Source: Eledone cirrhosa (lineage: Eukaryota). Taken from it: a stretch of DNA of 64,000 nucleotides. The number at the start of each line of letters is the position of its first letter. The stretch's first letter is position 1. The position numbers were made by a program, and so were the translations under genes. The stretch is taken from assembly GCA_964016885.1 (NCBI GenBank), contig OZ024742.1, forward strand, positions 98,332,001 through 98,396,000, given 5' to 3'. Below are positions 18,219 through 31,444 of the stretch, in pieces. Under the pieces are notes generated by a model that saw only the letters and a program-made list of their open reading frames with translations, did not search any database and was not told the DNA's origin.

Positions 18219-18725
18219 ACAGACAGGTAGACAGATAGATAGATAGACAGACAGACAAATATATAGATATATAGATAGATAGATAGATTTATAGATAGAT
18301 AGATAGATAGATATACGGATAGATAGTTATTCTCCATTCGCTTACTCTATATCGTTGCTATCAGGGCATGAGTGAGTTGATAAATTCTTCACCAGATATT
18401 AATCATATTAAATTACATTGTATCATTATAATAAATTAGATAAAGTACTAATTGAATAAACTGTCTTGCCGAAGTTATATTATTGAATTATTTGTGATAT
18501 AGTGTTTACTTTTCGGCAAAATATCAAAGTGTCTGCTCAACTCCGCCATTGCTTTAATGAAATGAAAGCATAGCAGCAAATATTAGATCGAAGATATTTA
18601 CGATACGGAATAGAAAGTAATAAAATGATAGGTTTTCAAATAGAATTTTTAAAAAAGAAGAGGAAGAGAAAGAAAATGTAACGAAAAAACAACATGGACG
18701 AACATATGAAGAACTAATAATGATG

Positions 18726-18782
<57 letters not shown>

Positions 18783-18784
18783 TT

Positions 18785-21700
18785 TTCTTTATTAACCACA
18801 AGGGTTTACATAAAGTAGACATTAAGGACAGTGCAGGACAATACAGGACGGTACAAATGGGCATTTCTGGGTGTAAAAGACAAAAACAGAGGATGTAACA
18901 AAAATTACAATGAAAAATTCCCCAATAGGGGGAGACTTCGGAGGAACACTTATGGAGAAAGCCCAGTAAAAGGCCACAGTGACCCTGACCACCAAGGCAA
19001 GTGCCCTCTCCCAGTTTTTTAATTTACAGATATATACTCAGAGTAGGCACATTCACTCGAGCCATTCTTGCTTCTCTCACCCATCTTTCAACAAAATGCT
19101 GGGAAGAGAGCACTTCCCTCTCTACTCTGATTTTCCTTTTCAAATGAAATTTGAAAAAGTCAATCAGAGCATCACCGAAGAGGTAAGTGCTCGTCTTCAG
19201 CCCTTTCAAACGTGTCCACCATATTATCTCTTTCGCCATGGCCACCAGACAGATAAAAACTGCCTGCCCTTCCCGGCTAAAGGAGGAGGGCGGGGCTATC
19301 CTCACGATGGACTCAGATGATAGTCGGACCCGTCCTACACGCGACAGCAGGTGTTCAACATAAACCCACAAGTCAGCAATTTTCGGACACTGGACGAGTG
19401 CGTGCAGGACGGTTTCGTCGCCCTGCGCGCATCTCGAACATGCCCGGCTGACGGCACCTCCATGCCTGTAGAGTTTATCCAGAACTGGCAAGGCTCCTCG
19501 GTAGCACTGCCAGGCCAGAGATTTCTGGAAGTTGTCCATAGGCCCTGGCCCGAAAGTTCTTCCGAAGAGATTGGCTAGTTGATTTTCGTCGACGCCTAGA
19601 GTTTCCCCAAGTACGTCGTCGCTCTTCCCCTCCACTAATCCTCTATAGAACGCCGAGGTGGAGTTTCCACCGATCACATTGCCCGATTGGTCGAGGGCTG
19701 TGAGCGCCTGAAGACATTCCAGTCTCCAAGCGCTCGGTCTCGGTCTTCGCTTGACCCAGGACTGCAGCCCGTCAAGGAGACGAGCTGGGGAAAGAAGTGT
19801 CTAGCAAACGTCGACCACACCTGATCACCGTCGAGGAAGAGGTGGAGATGTCGTAGCCTAAGCGCGTGTCTGCGCATCATCAGCCCTCCACGTAGTGGGT
19901 GTTGACAGCAGATAGACCGCCTGATAATCGGAGCGCTCCCTTCCACAAAAAACGAAAGAGCAAACGCTCTAGCGCAGTCAGGCGAGGCTTAGGACAAGGC
20001 ACGATGGTCAGGCGGTAGTAGATGACGGACATGATGTACGCGTTAGCCACCTCCGCGCGACCTTTCAGGGATAGCTCCTCTCCGCCAATTTCTGGGTGAG
20101 AGAAGCCACCCTGCTCGTCACCTCGTCCCCCAGTTTCTGTCTGTCTCGAGGTCTGGACCGAACCAGACCCTTAGCAATTTAACCGGTCCGTCCTTCCAGC
20201 GCCAGACGACGCTTTTGGACGGCATGGACCTGCCTCTCCAGGTGCTGAGCTACAGGTCCACCGCTTTTCCTGGTTGATCATTGCTCCTGTCACCGCTTCG
20301 TATTCCCTTAGTGTAGTGCCGATCGCCTCGATGTGTTTGGCGTTCGACACCACTACGGTGACATCGTCCGCATATGCTGACACGGATCTTCCGCATCCTA
20401 GTTCGCGCGGGACCCCCTTCAACGTCTCCTGTTTGTGCAGTAAAGGCTCGAGAGTCAATACGTACAAGAGGGACGAGAGGGGACATCCATCCCGGACCGA
20501 GCGCATGATGTTGAACGGTTCCGAAAGGTGACCGTTCACTCTCACCACAGAGCAGTTGTCGCTGTGCATGGCAGCAATCCAGCCTCTGAAGACGGCCCAA
20601 AGCCAACTGCCCCCAGGACTGCTGCCAGATAACGATGGTCGACCCTATGGAAAGCTTTTGACTGATCTAAATTGATCAAGGACCCACCCGTGCCAGGTTC
20701 CCTAGCTACCCTCTCCACGATGTATCGCATGAGGTGGAAGTTGTCGTTGATGGATCTGTCGGGAATGGCGCATGTTTGCGCTTCTTCCACCAGACCACCA
20801 ACGACAAGCTCCAACCTCTTTGCTAGCACCTTGTCCAAAACCTTGAACTCTGTGTTTAGTAGAATTATGGGCCTGAAATTATCTGTTATCCCCCTTTTTT
20901 CGGATCCTTTCTCAGCAACGCGACCGGTCCTGGGCTCACAGAGCTGGGAATTCTCCCGTTCTGTTGCCAGTTGCAGTAGACATTAGCCAACAGGCCTCCG
21001 AACAATCTGGCATCTGTACGTAAAGTTCATAGGGCTGATCATCCAAACCAGGCGATTTACTCCTTGTGCAGCCAATCATTGCCTCCCGTACTTCAGCGGC
21101 TGTTATCGGCTTTTCGCAACACTCCGCCCCAGTGGCCGAGAGCCGCGGCTGTCCGTCAAGGTAGACACTAATGTCCATCCCTCGATCCGGCCCGCCGCGG
21201 CCCCCGAACAACTGAGCATTGTGTCGATGAAAAGCTTCACACATGTGCCAGTGGTCGAGTAGCATGCACCCGTCGTGGTCCACCAAAGACCGGATCGTGG
21301 CTTTGTTGTCACAACGCGCCTCTGCCACTCGGGTCCATTGAACTGCTTTCGTCCCCTCGTGTCTGAGAGCACGTACCCTAGCTCTAACAACGCAGCCTTT
21401 GTGCTTTGCATTGAAGAAATGGTCAAGGGCCAATTTTGCCACATGTACGTCGGTCGCGATGCCTTTGCTAAGCGCCTCGTCTAATTTTCTATATTTCAGT
21501 ATTGCTAAAGCCTTACTAAACCTAATGGACTCTATTCTAATTGCTCTTTTCAGAGCAAACCACCACTTGTTATTGACGATGGCCCCCGTCAACGCCCACT
21601 TAACTAGTTCTCTAATCCGGTCTATGTAGGCCTTTCGCGCTGGTAATGATGCATTAAGCTTCCAGTAGCCTGTTCCTTGTCTATGAAGCCTATCTAATTC

Positions 21701-23700
21701 AACCACACGGATCACGAATTTGTGGTCCGTGTAGCTGACTATCTTGAATTGTGGACAGCCTATGCTAGACCTATCTATTTCCCAACAAAATACTCTATCT
21801 AGATATGATCTGGATGACCCGATGCGGTTTCTCCAAGTCCACATTGGCACATTCGGAAAATCCAATCGGTACCTGTCAGACACTTCAAAACGCCTGAGAA
21901 AGTTGGTGAGGGTCTTGCACCCTCCTCCTTTATCCGCTAATCCCACACTGTCCCAGCGTGCATCTAAGGTCCCGTTCCAGTCGCCCACTAACACTAAAGA
22001 GCGGGACGTTCCAAGAAAGGTCTCCAGACGCTGGAAGAAATCAGGCCGCCCTGCTCTTGTCGGGGCATAGACGGCCACTAGCCTGAAAGCTTTCCCGTCT
22101 CCACTGGTCATGTTCAGCACCCCCAACATACCCTCTGGATGGTGTAGGCGCCGGTGCTAGGTTTGGGGCGGTGGGCGGTGGTGGTATTAGTTTTGCTGCT
22201 GTTGCTGGTGTTGTTGCTGCTACAGTTGCTTCTGTTGTTGCTGCTACAGCTGTTGCTGCTACAGCTGTTGCTGCTACAGCTGTTGCTGCTACAGCTGTTG
22301 CTGCCATTTCTGCTGCTGGTGGTGTTGATGGTTGAGTCACTGGGGTGGGTAAGAGAGGTGGCCTCAACTTTTTAGCCTGATGACAGAAAGCCTTTAGGTG
22401 GGTTTCTTCATCACAAACGAAACACCTAGGCCTTCTACCCAACAACGATTACGGTTAGGTGGCTTTCGTCAGTGAGGTCTATCACCTCTGGAATTTCCAC
22501 AATGCTTTTTTGGGTCCGCTTGAATCAGGAGCTCCATCCCAGATCCGGACCAGTTCTCCTGCTTTTCTTTTGTTATTTAAATTATTTTCGTGTTGGCCTC
22601 GATGCCGGCGAGGACGGTAGCCATTAGCCAGGGAATTTCGATGGCCGGTGGAACGTGGGTCATCCTGATCTTCACGAGTCTCTGGCCACAATAGCTTGGG
22701 ACGAGTGTGAAGTCGTCACTTCTTAATGAGGCCATGGAGTGCTCTCTGGCTGGCTTCCTGTGGTGTTCCAAAGAAAACGTCAACGGTTCCATATTTCTGC
22801 CCACGTCTGATGTGGATTTCTTTCGCCCACAGATGTCCCAAAACTTTTGTATTTGAGACTCATATACCCGTTCCACTCAGCGTGATTTTGTGTTTATCGT
22901 CCGATAAGACACGGTGCATAAGCGCCGATGCTCCATTGTATTAGGGGGGGGGAGCTTACCATGGACGCATCTGTTTTTACCATTCTCTTGGCTTCATTTA
23001 ATTCATCCTGGCTTACTTCGATTGTTTCGCTTTTCTTGGCTGCTTTGGCAAACGACACATTTTGCTTTGCGGTGGTATTGATGTTGTTATTCTCATTGTT
23101 GTTGTTGTTGTTGTTGTTATTGTTATATTTATTTTCAGTTGTGGTGGAGGTGGTGGTGGTGTCAGTGGCGTTCGGCGTGGAAATGTCGATTCAGGAGCTA
23201 ATAATTTTTTTTGGGGGGGGTTTCTGTTGTCGCTGTGGTGGTGGTATCAGTGGTGATGGTTGTTTTTTTTTTTTAGATTGTGGTGGTGGGGGTGGCGGCT
23301 TTAACACCTGCAGTTATTGGTAATGAGGGGAAATCCATGTCTTTATGCAGCAATTCTAAATAATTCAGACTGCTATTAATTATATTTTCAGTGTTGGCAA
23401 TCGTAGCAAGGCTTACAATGGTGTTGGTGTTGGTGGTGCTGGTGGAGGGGGTGTTGGTCTGTTAAAAAAAGTAAATGTGTCTCTCAATGTTTTTTTTCAA
23501 AGAAATATTTTGTTTGATAAATAAAAAGTTTAAGTTTTGGGCTCAAGGCCCTAATATTTTTTGTGTCCTTTTCAGAAAGCAATATATGTGAACTTATAAA
23601 CACTTAACAACAAAAATTTTCCATAACTGGCAATTTAAAACAACTGAAAACAACAAACCGTTGCAGAGCTCACGATAATACGATTTCCTACGTAGGTCGC
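18785..23700 (-). mobile_element. Tx1/L1-clade LINE, near full-length, decayed, flanked by (AAT)n on both sides
   Basis: ORF1 knuckle RPRCFVCDEETHLKAFC; APE at 20936-22129 (N-terminus deleted near 22135); RT with SAYADDVTV; C-terminal CSRC...ETVLHALVQC. Homologous to the element at 830-5336. Confidence 0.92.
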
Positions 23701-23701
23701 C

Positions 23702-23765
<64 letters not shown>

Positions 23766-23766
<1 letters not shown>

Positions 23767-26610
23767 GGTAAACAAAGTCATCCCATACCTTGAGGCGAGG
23801 AGCCTTCACCAGTGCAACAATATCCTCAGAGCAACAGCAAATACGGTGAGGAAACTACTTGGTATAAAAGCGAGAGGAAACAACAGACAAGAAAGAGCAG
23901 AGCCGTGGTGGAAGAAGCGACTGAGTGGGCAAATCGGGGAAATGAGAAATGACATAGGAAAGCTTGAGTCACTACTGAATGGGACACTAAAAAAGATAGG
24001 CACTAAAAATAGACTGGAAATAAAATACAAAACTAGGAGCAAAAAGCTAAATATTATCATAGAGGAATTGAAGCAACGCATTGTAGCAAAGAGTGCAAAA
24101 ATCAGGCGATACGAGAACAGAGTCAGTCAGTATAAACAGAACCGCATGTTCGACAACAACCAGAAGATGCTGTTTGGACAGCTTGAGGGCAAAGAAAGAG
24201 GCAACGACTTGATCCCTGGGGCGGAACAAACTAAAACATTCTGGAGAGGAATATGGGAGCAGGATGTTAGACACAATGCCCAGGCAGGGTGGATTGAGAC
24301 AGTACAGAGGGAGATCGGTGAGCAGGCACAGCAACAGACTGATTTGAGTATCACAGTTGAAACTCTTAAGGGGCAAGCCAAAAAACTAACCAACTGGAAA
24401 TCACCAGGCCGAGATGGTGTGCAGGGGTATTGGATTAAACATTTAACATCCCTCCACCCGAAGCTGACGGCCATGTTCAATGACTGCTTGGTGTCGGGTG
24501 AGGTGCCAGAGTGGTTGACAAAAGGTACCACAGTTCTGATAATGAAAGACCGAATCAAGGGTAATGATGCTACCAACTATAGACCTATCACATGTCTGCC
24601 CGTAATGTGGAAACTGTTGACGAGCATTGTGTCTGAGGAAATCTACCATCACCTCCACACAAACAACTTGTTACCGGACGAACAGAAAGGATGCCGAAAG
24701 AAGTCACGTGGTACAAAGGACCAGTTGCTTATTGATAAGATGGTAATGGGGAATTGCAGGAGGAGACACACTGATCTTGCCATGGGATGGATAGACTACA
24801 GAAAGGCATTTGACATGGTGCCTCATTCCTGGATCACCAAAAGCCTGGAGATCTTCAGGGTGGCAGATAACATCAGACAGTTGCTAGGCAGGAGTATGGG
24901 GTCCTGGGAGACAGAGTTGACATCAACTGGAGTATCCTTGGGAAGCGTGAAGATCAAGAGAGGTATCTTCCAGGGAGATAGCCTGTCCCCTCTGTTGTTT
25001 GTCCTTGCCCTGATGCCCTTGACCATTGTGCTGCGAAAAGTGAGAGCAGGATACAAGTTGGGAAGGGGAGAGCTTACCATCAATCACCTCCTCTTCATGG
25101 ACGATCTTAAGCTCTTCGGGAAATGTGAGAAGGAGTTGGATGTGCTTGTTGACACTGTCCGTATTTTCAGCAATGATATATGTATGCAGTTTGGTATTGG
25201 TAAATGTGGAGTCATTGTGATGAAGAGGGGTAGGTTGAGCAGAAGTAACGGGATCCAGATACCAACAGGTGAGATGATAAAGGAAATTGACTCTGAGGAA
25301 GGATACAAGTATTTGGGCGTTCTGGAGGCTGATGGCATAAAGAACAAAAAAATGAAGGAATTGTTAAGAACTGAATACATTCGGAGAGTAAGGAGCGTAT
25401 TGAAGTCACATCTGAACAGCAGAAATGCCATAAGCGCAGTAAATTCCCGAGCTGTGTCTATTATTAGGTACAGTGCGGGAATTCTGAGATGGAATGTTGC
25501 TGAACAAAAAGAAATGGATAGGAAGACTAGGAAGCTATTGACTATCTACAACATGTTCCACAAGAGGAGTGATGTCGATAGACTCTACCTAAGGAGATCT
25601 GAGGGTGGAAGAGGTCTTATCAGCATAGAGGACTGTGTTCAGATGGAGAAAAACAACCTATACAAATACGTGACCTATAGTAAGGAGCCAATGCTCAGAA
25701 CTGTACTGAAGGAGGGGACAGTAGGCCAGGGGATGTCCAGGGAGGAAATAACATCAAGGAGGAAGAGCAGCCTTAAGGGAAAATCCCTTCATAGTACCTT
25801 CTTTGAGAAAACTGAATTTAGAGATCCACAGACATGGAACTGGTTGAGAAGAGGAGACCTCAAAAAGGCTACAGAAGGAATGCTAATGGCTGCGCAGGAG
25901 CAGGCCCTCAAAACGAAGTGGTTGAAGCACCATATCTACAAGGAGGAGGCTAGCCCACTGTGCAGGATCTGTGGAGAGAGAGAGGAGACTGTGGCTCACA
26001 TTGTGTCCGAGTGTAAACACCTAGCCCAGACCCACTATAAGGGCTGGAGACACGATGTGATGGGCAGGGTGATCCACTGGCACCTGTGCAAAGTAAACAA
26101 TCTACCACATTCTGAGAAATGGTATGAGCATAGGCCAGAGGCGGTGATGGAGAACAATCAGGTGAAGGTGCTGTGGGATTTTAGGATACAGACGGACAAA
26201 AAACTGGAACACAATAGACCTGACCTGGTGGTTGTGGACAAAGAAAAAAGATCGTGCCTGATTGTGGATGTGGCCTGCCCGTTCGACACGAGAGTGCAAG
26301 AGAAGGAGAGGGAGAAAATTAACCGATACCAGGACCTAAAGTGGGAGGTGAAAAGGATTTGGAACTGCCATGAAGTCAAAGTGATCCCGATTGTCATAGG
26401 CGCACTGGGGACTATCTCCAAAAGTTTCCAGGGATGGTTAAAGAAAATCGGCCCCTTCACGCTTTTTGGAACGCTTCAAAAGGCATGCTTGCTTGGAACA
26501 GCAAGAACCCTCCGATACGTCCTGAATATCTGAGGCTGCAGGTAGTGGCTTGATATTCAATCCAACGGACTTTCCAGTTAACCAACATCAATGACTGAGA
26601 TTCAAGGAAT
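23766..26610 (+). mobile_element. R4/Dong-type RLE non-LTR retrotransposon, 5'-truncated, inserted in (AAT)n
   Basis: Single uninterrupted ORF, short 3' UTR, and (AAT)n at 23702-23765 and ~26608-26640. Confidence 0.92.
23846..26533 (+). CDS. Reverse transcriptase + CCHC + restriction-like endonuclease (frame is open from ~23696 without the native start)
   Basis: WKSPGRDG, NYRPITCL, EQKGC, WIDYRKAFDMVPH, GIFQGDSLSPLLF, HLLFMDDLKLF, YKYLG, CRICGEREETVAHIVSEC, RHD, and NRPDLVVVDK...IVDVACPFD...EKINRY. Confidence 0.93.
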   Translation: MRKLLGIKARGNNRQERAEPWWKKRLSGQIGEMRNDIGKLESLLNGTLKKIGTKNRLEIKYKTRSKKLNIIIEELKQRIVAKSAKIRRYENRVSQYKQNRMFDNNQKMLFGQLEGKERGNDLIPGAEQTKTFWRGIWEQDVRHNAQAGWIETVQREIGEQAQQQTDLSITVETLKGQAKKLTNWKSPGRDGVQGYWIKHLTSLHPKLTAMFNDCLVSGEVPEWLTKGTTVLIMKDRIKGNDATNYRPITCLPVMWKLLTSIVSEEIYHHLHTNNLLPDEQKGCRKKSRGTKDQLLIDKMVMGNCRRRHTDLAMGWIDYRKAFDMVPHSWITKSLEIFRVADNIRQLLGRSMGSWETELTSTGVSLGSVKIKRGIFQGDSLSPLLFVLALMPLTIVLRKVRAGYKLGRGELTINHLLFMDDLKLFGKCEKELDVLVDTVRIFSNDICMQFGIGKCGVIVMKRGRLSRSNGIQIPTGEMIKEIDSEEGYKYLGVLEADGIKNKKMKELLRTEYIRRVRSVLKSHLNSRNAISAVNSRAVSIIRYSAGILRWNVAEQKEMDRKTRKLLTIYNMFHKRSDVDRLYLRRSEGGRGLISIEDCVQMEKNNLYKYVTYSKEPMLRTVLKEGTVGQGMSREEITSRRKSSLKGKSLHSTFFEKTEFRDPQTWNWLRRGDLKKATEGMLMAAQEQALKTKWLKHHIYKEEASPLCRICGEREETVAHIVSECKHLAQTHYKGWRHDVMGRVIHWHLCKVNNLPHSEKWYEHRPEAVMENNQVKVLWDFRIQTDKKLEHNRPDLVVVDKEKRSCLIVDVACPFDTRVQEKEREKINRYQDLKWEVKRIWNCHEVKVIPIVIGALGTISKSFQGWLKKIGPFTLFGTLQKACLLGTARTLRYVLNI

Positions 26611-26639
26611 AACAATAACAATAATAATAATAATAATAA

Positions 26640-26725
26640 TTGTTCTACTTTTTGGCACAAATCCAGCAATTACCCAGTGCATTACTGGTACTTTATTTCA
26701 TCGACCCCGTGAAGATGAAAGGCAA
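26640..26725 (-). mobile_element. MetaSINE 3' part whose (ATT)n tail adjoins the Dong element
   Basis: ttctactttttggcacaa...cagcaattacccagtgcattactggtactttatttcatcgaccccgtgaagatgaaaggcaa. Confidence 0.75.
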
Positions 26726-26857
26726 CGAGGAGAAGGTAGTTAAAGAATGTATATATAAATATATATATATATATACATATATACATATATACATGCATAC
26801 ATTCGCTCACACTCACACATGCAAATAAACACACACACACAAACAGTCACAGACACG

Positions 26858-26946
<89 letters not shown>

Positions 26947-26974
26947 ACACACACACACAAACACACACACAAAG

Positions 26975-27050
<76 letters not shown>

Positions 27051-27226
27051 AGTTGTTATATATATATATATATATAGTGAAAATTGGAACCGGAACGAAA
27101 ACAGAGAGGCAGTAAAAAACAAAGGTTTATTAGTTTCAAAAGAAAAGAGATGAAATCGAAAATGCAACTGGAGCATTTTTTTTTTTAAATATATATTTAT
27201 TTGGTTCCTTTACCGGTTTATATATA

Positions 27227-27308
<82 letters not shown>

Positions 27309-28054
27309 CATTCAACATGATTAACCGAAGGGAATGGAAGGGTACAATGTTTAACTAGCGCATTCGATACATAAGTAAAGAAAGATATTTACATCATACA
27401 GAAATCACTTCTATAGCACTAGAACTATTTCATTTGTTTGAAATCATCAGGGTATTCCTGCTGATTTTAAATGATTTAAACAGTGCTATTCTTGCTTACG
27501 TCATTACTATAAACGAAATCGTGACTGTTTTGTACATAAAAAATCGAACGATAGCACTGCTCTGTTGGGGACAGCCACACATTTTTACTGCGCGAAGTCG
27601 GTCAGAAATATATTTACATGACATTTAGCATACATAAATGTGTTACTAGATTAAAATTCAATGTTATTATTCTTATCATATCACATGAGGATCAATTGAA
27701 CGGGATCAATCAGTGTGTGTATGCGTACATGTATAGATGATGTAATGCATGTATATATGTATGTATGTAAGTAAACATGTAAATATGCATGCATATATGT
27801 ATGCGTGTATACATGTTTGTATGTATGTATATATGTTCTTCTGGTTTTATAATTTCAAAACGTTTTACAAATAGAGAGTCTGTTTCTAACATAGACACAA
27901 GACTCTCTCATTGGAATTTATACAGCATTAACTAGGTAGATATGTATGTATGCATGCATGTGTAGATATGGATATTATTGTATGTGTGGATGTGGATGTT
28001 TTGAGTTGTATGTGTGCATGTGTATATACTTTGTATCTGTGCATGTGTATATGC

Positions 28055-30630
28055 AGTTATTAGATGCAACATGTTTGGAATGTTTTACATATTTTTACTG
28101 TTCCATTAATGGATTGTACTTGTAATTTCCTAACTAGTTGTGTTCTTTCTGTTCCTGTGAAGCCTAGCTTCTCAAGATTTGTATTGAGGCAGTTACTAGC
28201 ATACCCCAGTGCCCCAATAATCACAGGCATGAATCTGAAGGTGTAATCAGAGTGGAGTATCTGCAGATTTCTCATCAGTTCTGCATAAATATTCTCCTTT
28301 TCACTAATCTTTGATATTATATTGGCATCTGCTGGGCAGCTAATTTCCACTACTGTGCATGTTTTCTTCTCCCTGTCCCATATCATAATATCTGGTCTGT
28401 TATGCCTGCATCTTATTGGGGTTTTTACTGGAACATTCCACCAGTACTCTTTCATATTATGTACATGGATGTGTTCCACATTGTTGTAGCTTTTAATGTG
28501 TTATTATCGGGGCTATCTTTTTTACGAACTGCATTGTACAGTGTTTTGGCCACTACATCATGCCTCATAGGTAGATAGTACCGCGATGACATCTTTGGAC
28601 AGCTGCTGATGACATGGGTGATATCCTCGATGTTAGTTCTGCAGAGTCTGCACTTGTTATCACATCTAAGTGTTTTGCCTGCATCCCTATCTCTTTTGTG
28701 AATCAGGTATTTCGTGCTAATCTCCTGTTCTTGGATTGCAAAAGCGTATCCTTCAAAGTGGGAGCCAATATAGTGGTTGTTGGTCCAAGATAGACTACTT
28801 TCCTTATCTATATTACTCTCACTCTGGAGCTTCCTGGCAACATATCCATGCATGAGTTTTTGCTGATTGGCATGCAGTTTTTCATCCATGGAATCACTGC
28901 GATACTGCTGAGCGACATCCCTGGGTGTGTGTTTTTGATTATCACACAGGGAATATCTCTCGAGGAGTTCCTTCCCAACTCTCATGATTTTATCTGTTTC
29001 ATGCAGATAGACTTGCTCGAGAAACGGGCTCCTACCCTTCGAGATTCGTAGATGTTGTCGGAGAGATATGATGCGGCATAAACATTTTGACTGGACTGAT
29101 GTTAGGTCTCTGCCTCCCTGCTTACGTTTCAAGTAAAGGCGGTCTATGTCACTGTTGATATGAAAGTTTCCGGTGTTGTTCATTATTTTTCGAGTTCCAA
29201 CATCAACTGTTCGGATTTCGTCTATCGTCCAATTGAGTATTCCAAAAGTTGGTGTTAGGACAGGCACAGCAAACACATGGTGAGCTACTGTTTTGTTTTG
29301 CGCAGAGAGTTCCGATGACCAAATCTTTCTTAATCAGGTGTAGTATTCCCTGGTTACGCGTTCTTTATTACAGATACCATTATAGGATATGTTCTTATCT
29401 ATCCCCAGATATCTGTAGCAGTCCTCATCAGATATCGGTGAAACAGTTAGACCATTGATGACAATGTTGCTAGATTGGGTTGTTGTTTTTCCCCGCTTTA
29501 CAGTCATGTATGAGCATTTATCTTGGCCAAACTCAATTCCTATATCCTTTGAGAACGTTGTAACCAGGTCAAGATTTTTCTTCATCCCATCCATATTCTT
29601 GACGGTATTTTTGGTGGTATTTTGTTTTTGTTAATATCTCTGCTATCACCAAGATAATGCTTCACAGTCGTTGCTAGGGCATATAAACAGGCGTTGATTT
29701 GCCAAAATGTTGGGGTTTTTATCCGTCGTAAATATTCATCCCCTATTTCTTAAATAAATAGTAGTATTTCATTATTTGGTTTTTTGTGGCTTTTATCCGT
29801 CGTAAATATTCACCCCATATTTAATCAATAACACGTAGTATTTCATTGTTTGGTTTTTTATTCAACATTGTCGTTTTAACATGTTCAGCAAGAGAGATAT
29901 TTATACATGAGTTTATTTCTCTCTGGAAGATTCCGCTGAGGGAAATTTTCAATTGTTTATACTTTTCCTTATCATTATCGATAGTATTTTCCACAACAGT
30001 CGAGGTAGACTCGGATGGTACACGTGGTGTCACATTTAATCAATTATTATTATTATCGATAGTGTTTTCCACAGCATTCGAGGTAGACTTAGATGGTACA
30101 GGTGGTGTCAAGTTTCTTACAGGCATAGTTGTTTGAAGGCGCTGTTCGACCTGGCTGATAGGTAGTCTAGTAGCATGGCAACCTGTAGCACGTGTTGCTG
30201 ATAACATGTTTGTTGTTGGGGACTTAAAATTAATAATATTTATCTCATTTTTACGTTCAACAAGCGTCGCTTGTTGGCGTAATTGTTTCGCTGTGAAATA
30301 ATTTAGTTCTGGGTGCATTTCGTCCCACTGTAGCTTCATTCTATTCATATAGCCAATGGAGGGATTGTTTTTTGCCATTTTATAACAATTAAGTAAATCA
30401 TTATTAAGTTCGCAACTCCAAGAGAAATGTGATTTATAATTTCGGTATCTTCTTGATGTTGTGTTCAGCCATGCTGTTTGTAGCAAATCCTTGTAAAATG
30501 AATTATGTATTTAGTCAGATATCTCTACGAATTCGAATAAAAGGTGTCTTCAGAAGGGATAGTTCGACAATTAACCAGTTATTCAACCTGACTGTAGTTG
30601 TGGCATTACTGTCGGAGATAGTATTCATCT
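28055..30630 (-). mobile_element. Second R4/Dong-type LINE family with intact 5' end and internal deletion of the RT N-terminus
   Basis: N-terminal WSCELN...GYMNRMKLQWDEMHP...KQLRQQA; IGIEFGQDKC and YRYLGI; CRLCRTNIEDITHVISSC, RHD, NRPDIMIWD...VEISCP. Deletion junction near 29600. Confidence 0.88.
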
Positions 30631-30636
30631 TAAATT

Positions 30637-31000
30637 TAATAAATAGTTTCCCACGCCAAAATATGCAACTGATCGCGTTGACTGTCTATATGTATGTGGT
30701 TAAGAGAGTGGGACTGGCTTTGTGCAGTGCCTTTGCTCACTATAAAAGCTTCACGGCACAGGCATTGCTTTATATCTGCAGATCTCTCTGCACTTGTCGT
30801 CACATGGTACCATGGGCCCAGCACTATGTGTCAATAATTGTCACAAGTGTAGTGTTTGTACCAGAGTTTTCAAGTCGCTGGCTTGACTCAAAAGTCACAC
30901 TCGTTCAGCACATCGATAGGGGTTCTCCTACATGGATATAAAGTAGTGACCGTACTCGAAAACGAGTTGGCAGCCACCATGTATGTATGTATGCATGTAT
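30637..31000 (+). mobile_element. RTE-derived short element, 3' part with C2H2 zinc-finger remnant and (ATGT)n tail
   Basis: Matches 36080-36400. A shorter copy lies at ~31170-31268. Confidence 0.75.
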
Positions 31001-31444
31001 GTTCTTCTGCTCTTATAATTTTATAAGTTTTTACCTATAGAGAGAGTGTCGGTTTCTAACACAGACACAAACATTTTCATTAGAATTTAAACAACATGAA
31101 CTAGATATGTATACACGTCTGCATGCCTGCGTATTTGTGCACAAATACGCAGGCATTCAGACTTGTCTAAGAAGTCACACTCGTTCAGCGCATCGGTAGG
31201 GGTTCTCCTACATGGATATAAAGTAGTGACCGTACTCGAAAACGAGTTGGCAGCCACCATGCATGTATGTTCTTCTGGTCTTATAATTTTATAAGTTTTT
31301 ACCAATAGAGGGAGTGTCGGTTTCTAACACAGACACAAGACATTTTCATTAGAATTTAAACAACATGAACTGGATGCTATTTTATGTTTTGATGTTTATA
31401 TTTTGAGGTATATGTCTGCATGTGCATATGTTTTTTTCTGTAGA

